The notes under the pieces: model-generated | What the model was told of the DNA's origin: nothing | What the model saw: only the letters and a program-made list of their open reading frames with translations | Database searches by the model: none | From: Macrostomum lignano | Taxonomy: Eukaryota | Assembly: GCA_002269645.1 (NCBI GenBank) | Contig: NIVC01000841.1 | Span: 62,001 to 126,000, forward strand | Length of the DNA stretch: 64,000 bases | Direction of reading: 5' to 3' | Position numbers and translations under genes: made by a program | Part shown: in pieces, positions 56,030 through 64,000 of the stretch | Layout of the letters: each line of letters starts with the position of its first letter | Position numbering within the stretch: position 1 is the stretch's first letter

Positions 56030-56231
56030 TGCGGCAGAGTAGGATTAACTGAAAGTCAATTAACAAAAAATTATTTTGGTTTTACCATACTTCGTTAATA
56101 ACAAGCAGTTTTTTTCAAAAAATGCATCAGGCAGAAAGGAATTTTCCAGCTATTATTACCTTACTTTTGGAGATAGCAATGAAGAAATAAAGCAAGTATG
56201 TTTTGATAATGCTGTAAATCTTTTAAATGCC

Positions 56232-58030
<1,799 letters not shown>

Positions 58031-58789
58031 CACCAAAATCTAAAAACCTCAGCATGATGCTTTAGTTTTTGAATTATCATAACAGACAAATTATTACGAG
58101 CGTATGTTTAAAAGACAAATTTATGAATATCTATGATATGGAAGATTATTCTAAACTTTAAAATTATCCAAAAATGAAAAGAATTAATGCAAAAAGTTGT
58201 ATGTTTATAAGCTGTAAAATGATAATAGATGGACAATATTTATAATGCATGATAACCTGCGGATAAAGAAGCAAGTGTAAAGCGTTTGAAAAGTACAATA
58301 CGCACTTGAAAAATTCAAATGTCATAAAAATGTCAATTAAAATTGTGAATAACGCTGATAAATATAATTAATACTGACACGCGCTAATCAAGCTAATAAT
58401 ACTTTGAGATGGCAGGTAATAAAACAATAAAATAGTGACCACTGCTCAGCTGAAACAACATGTTTATAGGCCAGACCTACTTTAAGTAATATATTATATA
58501 ACATTAAGACAGAAAAAACGTTGAAATAAACTTCTAGTGAAATTCGATAAAAGAAGAGATTAAATAGCAACAAAATTAACAGTGCTATCGCGGTAAAGTC
58601 ATGAATATTATTAGACATATTTATTAAATGCGAGTGCTATAAGACTGAAGCTTAACAACTGCTAAAGCAGGGCAAAGCAATATTAGGAAGTTTTTGGAAA
58701 AAATAAGCCTCTATAAAAACAGCAATGAATAAAATAAACGCTAGCTGCAATAAGCATGAAAAATATTACAGAAAATTATGCATTATCAG

Positions 58790-58975
58790 CCAAGAGACAA
58801 AACAGACACAGTCAAGAGACAAAACAGACACAGTCAAGAGACAAACAGACACAGTCAAGAGACAAAACAGACACAGTCAAGAGACAAAACAGACACAGTC
58901 AAGAGACAAAACAGACACAGTCAAGAGACAAAACAGACACAGTCAAGAGACAAAACAGACACAGTCAAGAGACAG
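58790..58975 (+). repeat. 22-bp minisatellite agacaaaacagacacagtcaag
   Basis: About 8 units. Confidence 0.92.
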
Positions 58976-59304
58976 CCAGAAACAGCCAGGGACAAACACA
59001 TAAATTCAGCCCAAATACCACTCAACCGACGGACACAAAAATACAATGAAATTGGACACAATGCTCAACAAAACGCGAAAAAAAGTGTTACGAAAAAACA
59101 AACGCCCAGCTGCCCAGCAAAACAAAGAGAAACGCGTGGAGAAGAACAGAAATATTAAAAAGCCTGGCTTTTACGAGAAAGCAATTAAGAAATTAGAGTT
59201 TATTTTTGAAAAGTTTCTTCTCTCTTTTTCTCTCTCTCTCTCTCTCTCTCTCTGCTCAAAGTGCGCCAGGATGCACACAGTCCGCCGACTCTAACTACAA
59301 GAGG

Positions 59305-59381
59305 CAGACATACTGACGGACAGACACTAAGACAGACACTAAGACACTAAGACAGACAGACAGACAGACACTAAGACAGGC

Positions 59382-59434
<53 letters not shown>

Positions 59435-59614
59435 CTAAGACAGACAGACAGAACAGACAGACACTAAGACAGACAGACAGACAGACAGACACTAAGACAG
59501 ACAGACAGACAGACACTAAGACAGACAGACAGACAGACACTTAGACAGACAGACAGACAGACACTAAGACAGACAGACAGACAGACACTAAGACAGACAG
59601 ACAGACAGACACTA

Positions 59615-59655
<41 letters not shown>

Positions 59656-59720
59656 CTAAGACAGACAGACACTAAGACAGACAGACAGACAGACACTAAG
59701 ACAGACAGACACCAAGACAG

Positions 59721-59751
<31 letters not shown>

Positions 59752-60030
59752 CTAAGACAGACAGACAGACAGACACTTAGACAGACAGACAGACAGACAC
59801 TAAGACAGACAGACAGACAGACACTAAGACAGACAGACAGACAGACACAGACAGACAGACAGACACTAAGACAGACAGACACTAAGACAGACAGACAGAC
59901 AGACACTAAGACAGACAGACAGGCAGACAGACAGACAGACAGACACTAAGACAGACAGACAGACAGACAGACAGACACACACAGACAGACAGACAGACAG
60001 ACAGACACCAAGACAGACAGACAGACAGAC
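59305..60030 (+). repeat. (GACA)n microsatellite with CACTAA interruptions
   Basis: Direct reading. Confidence 0.97.
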
Positions 60031-60040
60031 AACAATCGAA

Positions 60041-61533
60041 TCACACGCGATCCGGGCCAGCTTCTATCTCCCTAGCCATGTCGCGAAAACTCTGATTAGA
60101 CTGCTCATAGTAGGGCGATAGGCGACTGTCCCGACTGGCACTGCGAGCGACTCCCATCGCCAGAGCTGTCTCAGCCCCGTCTTCAGCCGGTTCCATGTCA
60201 GCCTTGCCGATCGGGTGCAGTTCCCGACAGCAGAACTGGCGACAGCCAAGAGTCAGATGGCCAATGCTAGCCAGTGTCTCAACAGCTAACAGTGCAGCTT
60301 CAATAGCGTGCATAGTGACAGAGAAATTATCATTCGAATCCTGCAGCGATTGACTGGCCGTAACGCTAGACGATTTAGTACTGATAACATTGGCATGGCC
60401 TTGCAGACTGTTAGAGACAACCGATATGCCAATAATTGAACAGCATAGAGCGGCAGCGGCGGCTACAACGCTGAGTATGCCGAGACGGCGCAGCGAAATT
60501 GGCGGAGTAAAATAAACCGCTAGCGACAGTAGGCCAGTTAGGATGAAGACTGGCGATAGGAATATTACTAATTGATGCAACTGGCGAGATGGTACCTGCG
60601 CGTGTTCATTGTTGCAACGTTGATGGCTTATTTAATGGAGATTAGCGCTCGTACTTAGCTGTCTACTTAGATGTCTACTTAGCTGTCTACTTTGAAGTCT
60701 ACTTAGCTGCCTACTTAGACATCTACTTAGCTGTCTAATTAAATGTCTAATTATTCGGCTACTTAGCTGTCTACTTAGACCTCTACTTAGGGGGGCCGTA
60801 GCCCAGCGGTAGCGCAGCTGCTCTGGTGTGCCAGCGACCCAGGCTCGATTCCAAGTGCAGTCACATTAATTTGGGGCTGAATTGAATCTCGGCTTGGCTC
60901 TGCTCGTGCAATTAACGGCCTTGAGAGCCAACCCCCCAAGGCGCAGTGAAGTGTACATGCCTAACGATAAAATAAAGTTAGGGCCGCTGTACACTCCTGT
61001 GTGAGTGTGTGCCTGCGTACGTATCCGCGCGCTTGTATGCCTGCTCAGGGGAGTCGGCGGAATGGGCAGTAATGCCTCTCGCCGGTTGTGTGCCTGTGTC
61101 GCTTAAAGTGCGCCAGGGTGCACACAACCACCCTGCCTCTAATAAAAAAATAGACCTCTACTTAGCTGTCTACTTAGAAGTCTACTTAAAAGTCTACTTA
61201 GCTGTGTACTCAAAAGTCTAATTAGAAGCCTTCTTAGCTGTCTAATTAGCTGTTTACTGAAATGTTTGTACTTGTATGCCTATTTGGGTGTCACTTAGAC
61301 ATCAATACGCAGCTCGCCAGTAACCAATTCAAATAACTAAAGCGAACATGCGCTAAAAATAACAGCTTCATCACCTGCTCAGGCCCCGACAGCTTAGCAA
61401 AAATGGCGATCTCGCAGGCGCCAAGCAACAATCCGCAGACCAAATGAGCGGAGCCAAAATTTCTTAGCGGCCGTTTCAACTGGCCCAAAGCTCGCTGCCT
61501 TCGGTCGCGAGCGGCGGCAAGGTGCTCGTCCAT
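60041..61533 (-). CDS. Four-transmembrane CD20/MS4A-like protein; exons 61533-61375 and 60595-60041, 237 aa
   Basis: Phase-0 GT-AG intron joins [21 protein letters not shown] (TM1) to [10 protein letters not shown] (TM2), [16 protein letters not shown] (TM3) and [15 protein letters not shown]...LGCRQFC (TM4). The pattern resembles the CD20-like family (inference). Confidence 0.7.
60791..61150 (+). mobile_element. Full-length tRNA-head SINE inserted in a degenerate CTACTTAG repeat in the intron of the 4-TM gene
   Basis: Box A TAGCCCAGCGG, box B-like GGCTCGATTCC, A-rich tail. 15-bp TSD TAGACCTCTACTTAG at 60776-60790 and 61151-61165. Confidence 0.9.
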
Positions 61534-62113
61534 TGTTTTTGTTATTCAATCTTTAGAAAGTCAATATTTTGATTAATTTTTAGTCTTAGTTTGCGAGCTG
61601 AAATTTTCAAAACAAAGCTGTGATTGAATTTGCCCAAAAGAATACCCACTTATGTTTTACCCAGAGTATATCGAAGGTAGTATAGAGTGGCAATAAGACA
61701 CTTCATCCAGTTCCTTCGGGCGACAAGACCAGCCACTGTCTTCCTCACGGAAGATCACGCTGCAGGACGGACCGGCGGACCACCCTAACCGGCCGCACGC
61801 CTCTGCCTGTCTGCGGGCCTTCAGGGCTAGCGAAATGAACGACCCTCGCCTCCCGCTGTGTCTACGGACCACCCTGCACAAATCAAGTAAGACAAAAAAG
61901 CCGAATAGCATCCGACTCTTGCGCCACGATCACTGGTTTAATTCGGTGCGCGGCCGAAATATAAAAAACTCGAAAACCCCGAATCCGGTGCCAAAACCCA
62001 ACCCGAACGCCTACCACGAACTCGGTGCCAAAACCCTACCCGAACGCCTACCACGAACTCGGTGCCAAAACCCTACTCTTTAGCGATTCTTGTCACGGTA
62101 TCGTTTTCAACGG

Positions 62114-62329
62114 TGTGTACATTAGAACCCCACATTAGAATTGTACATTAGAAAGTCAGAGGGTCGCTGTACACGCTGTGTGAGCTTGTGTATTGGCGCG
62201 CTTGTCTGTGCCCGGGAGTCAGTGGAATGGGCAAGAATTGCCTCAGTGCTGGTTGCGGGACCATGTCGCTGAAGGTGTTGCGCCAGGGTACCCGAAACCC
62301 GATGAATATGCCTGCCTGTAGACAAAAAA
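62114..62329 (+). mobile_element. Diverged 5'-truncated copy of the same SINE family
   Basis: Aligns by eye with 60980-61150 (gg.cgctgtacac..gcgcgcttgt..ggagtc.g.ggaatgggca..gtcgct.aag..gcgccagggt). Confidence 0.75.
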
Positions 62330-62882
62330 GTAGGAGAAAGTCTTATGACCACGCAGTACAGTGCGTGCATCCAATTGTATTAGCTTTAAACTGCATCAAA
62401 TTAGGTTAGTAAAATTCAACTTTTGTTTTTAGCTTACTAAAAATGTTGGCCCTATTGGCATTTTTGCCATTTTTTCCATGGTTTCAATTCTTCGAAACAT
62501 TATTTTCCAAAACCTGATGACATGATGAGATTTTTGGTCGAAATGCTGTAAATCCGAAAGCATGTATTAGGCACTTTTGAAAGCCACCGTTGACTACTAA
62601 AAACATTTAGTAGTATTTGAAACTTGAAAGCATCATCATCAATGATTTCTAATAAAACAATGACAGGAGATTGTACTGTGGGGCCACTGGTGACATCATC
62701 CCACAACCAGCGATAGGTGAGGCGATTCTGCCCATTTCGCTGACTCCCGCACTCATACACACGCTCACACAGGGTGATGTCGAAGCTCAAGAAAACTGTT
62801 AAACTTTTTAGGATATTCCGATTAAAATCGCACAAAACACTTTTTGTTTTTTATAGAAGCGTTTATTTTCCTTAATAGTTGA

Positions 62883-63314
62883 TCAGATCTTCGGACACTC
62901 GCCCTCATGCTTAACCTCAACCCCGGCAAGTCTAGCGTAGCATTCATTTGAGTAAGTACTTTCATCGACACCGCACACTGGCTGATAGACGTCCGGGCAC
63001 TGTTCAACGGCACACTCGCCAACATGTTGAATTTCAACTCCGGCTGACTTAGCAAAGCAATCATTTGGATACGTTTTGCCGTCCGATCCGCATACGGGCC
63101 GATAGATATTCAAGCACAATGAAATGCAAGGACCATTGTGACGAATTTCAACTCCGGCTAGTTCTGCATAGCAAGAATTCGGATAAGTGTTGTCATCGAC
63201 CCCGCAAACTGGACGATATTCTTCAGCGCACAGGTTTGGCGAAGCAAAAGTACAGCTTACTATGGCAAGAATCGCGCAGAACGCACAGACAAAAGGAGCG
63301 ACACTTGAAGACAT
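62883..63314 (-). CDS. Secreted three-domain Kazal-type serine protease inhibitor, 143 aa, intronless; each domain has only 4 Cys
   Basis: Signal peptide (MSSSVAPFVCAFCAILAIVSCTFA) followed by 3x C-x7-C-x10-C-x14-C with PVCG.D..TY.N.C. Confidence 0.93.
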   Translation of the reverse strand: MSSSVAPFVCAFCAILAIVSCTFASPNLCAEEYRPVCGVDDNTYPNSCYAELAGVEIRHNGPCISLCLNIYRPVCGSDGKTYPNDCFAKSAGVEIQHVGECAVEQCPDVYQPVCGVDESTYSNECYARLAGVEVKHEGECPKI

Positions 63315-63654
63315 GTTAACTTGCTGTTCTTTGTTTATTCGCCGAATTCGATAGGCATAAAATAAGTCGAAGGAATACCAAATCACGTTTTTATACAACT
63401 CAGTATATGGCAATTCTTTCTCAGTAGCATTTTCTCAGCTTTATCAATCGCAGAAAACACACGTGGAAATTGCGTTGCCAATCTGTGTCCGTCACACCAG
63501 CTGGGCAAAGCAAACGTGTTGAAACCGTTCGGTGTTCCTGACAGACCATGCCGTAGCATAACAGCAAAACAACACAGGTTTTTTCACATTATCACACATT
63601 TCTGATACGAGCTAACATAATGGCCTATCGCGTTAAAGTACCCGATTATTGCTC

Positions 63655-63875
63655 ACGAAAATTGACTGTCAGTGACATTTGACTGTCAGCGACATTTGAC
63701 TGTCAGTGATATTTGATTGTCAGTGACATTTGATTTCCAGTGACATTTGATTTCCAGTGACATTTGACTGTCAGCGACATTTGACTGTCAGTGACATTTG
63801 ACTGTCAGTGACTTTTGACTGTCAGTGACATTTGACTTCCAGTGACTTTTGACTGTCAGTGACATTTGACTGTCG
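63655..63875 (+). repeat. 17-bp minisatellite tgactgtcagtgacatt, second array
   Basis: About 13 units. Confidence 0.92.
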
Positions 63876-64000
63876 ACCCGAATCCTAAATATAACCTTCC
63901 CCAAGACACAGTGTACACAGCCTTGGAATGGGAATGACTTGTTCCTTCTTCGCTAGATGTGAGGGTTTGAGCAGTGCTCAAAGTCATCTAGGGAACAAAC

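Overview
This is eukaryotic, spliceosomal-intron-containing animal DNA that is extremely rich in micro- and minisatellites. The poly-Q/poly-A coding style and repeat load suggest a free-living flatworm such as Macrostomum (inference only). Seven protein-coding genes can be supported. (1) A 21-exon, ~31-kb Tiam1/still life (sif type 1-like) Rac GEF on + (11522-42636), with domains MG-EVH1-PH-CC/Ex-RBD-PDZ-DH-PH, ~1780 aa, and one unresolved 1-nt phase conflict at the exon 12/13 junction. (2) An intronless 465-aa ORF of unknown family on +. (3-7) Five co-oriented genes on the minus strand: a secreted triple-Kazal inhibitor whose domains all lack the C1-C5 disulfide, a 4-TM CD20/MS4A-like protein, RIC-3, RWDD2B and TMEM187. 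Mobile DNA comprises a hAT-type MITE with an 8-bp TSD and a nested foldback, a Mutator-type MITE with a 9-bp TSD, a 5'-truncated Penelope-like element (RT thumb + GIY-YIG), two complete tRNA-head SINEs with TSDs, and SINE remnants. The most unusual observations are: intronic satellites whose sense-strand units are splice-junction mimics (about 30 tandem CAG|GTAAAG in the TMEM187 intron, and a 3.7-kb array of miniature acceptor-like units in sif); a possible SL-trans-spliced operon; an in-frame acceptor 12 nt before the myristoylated sif start; a 1.1-kb CpG-free, CTAG-rich desert; and an intronic pre-miRNA-like hairpin. Most long ORFs in the supplied track are repeat artefacts.
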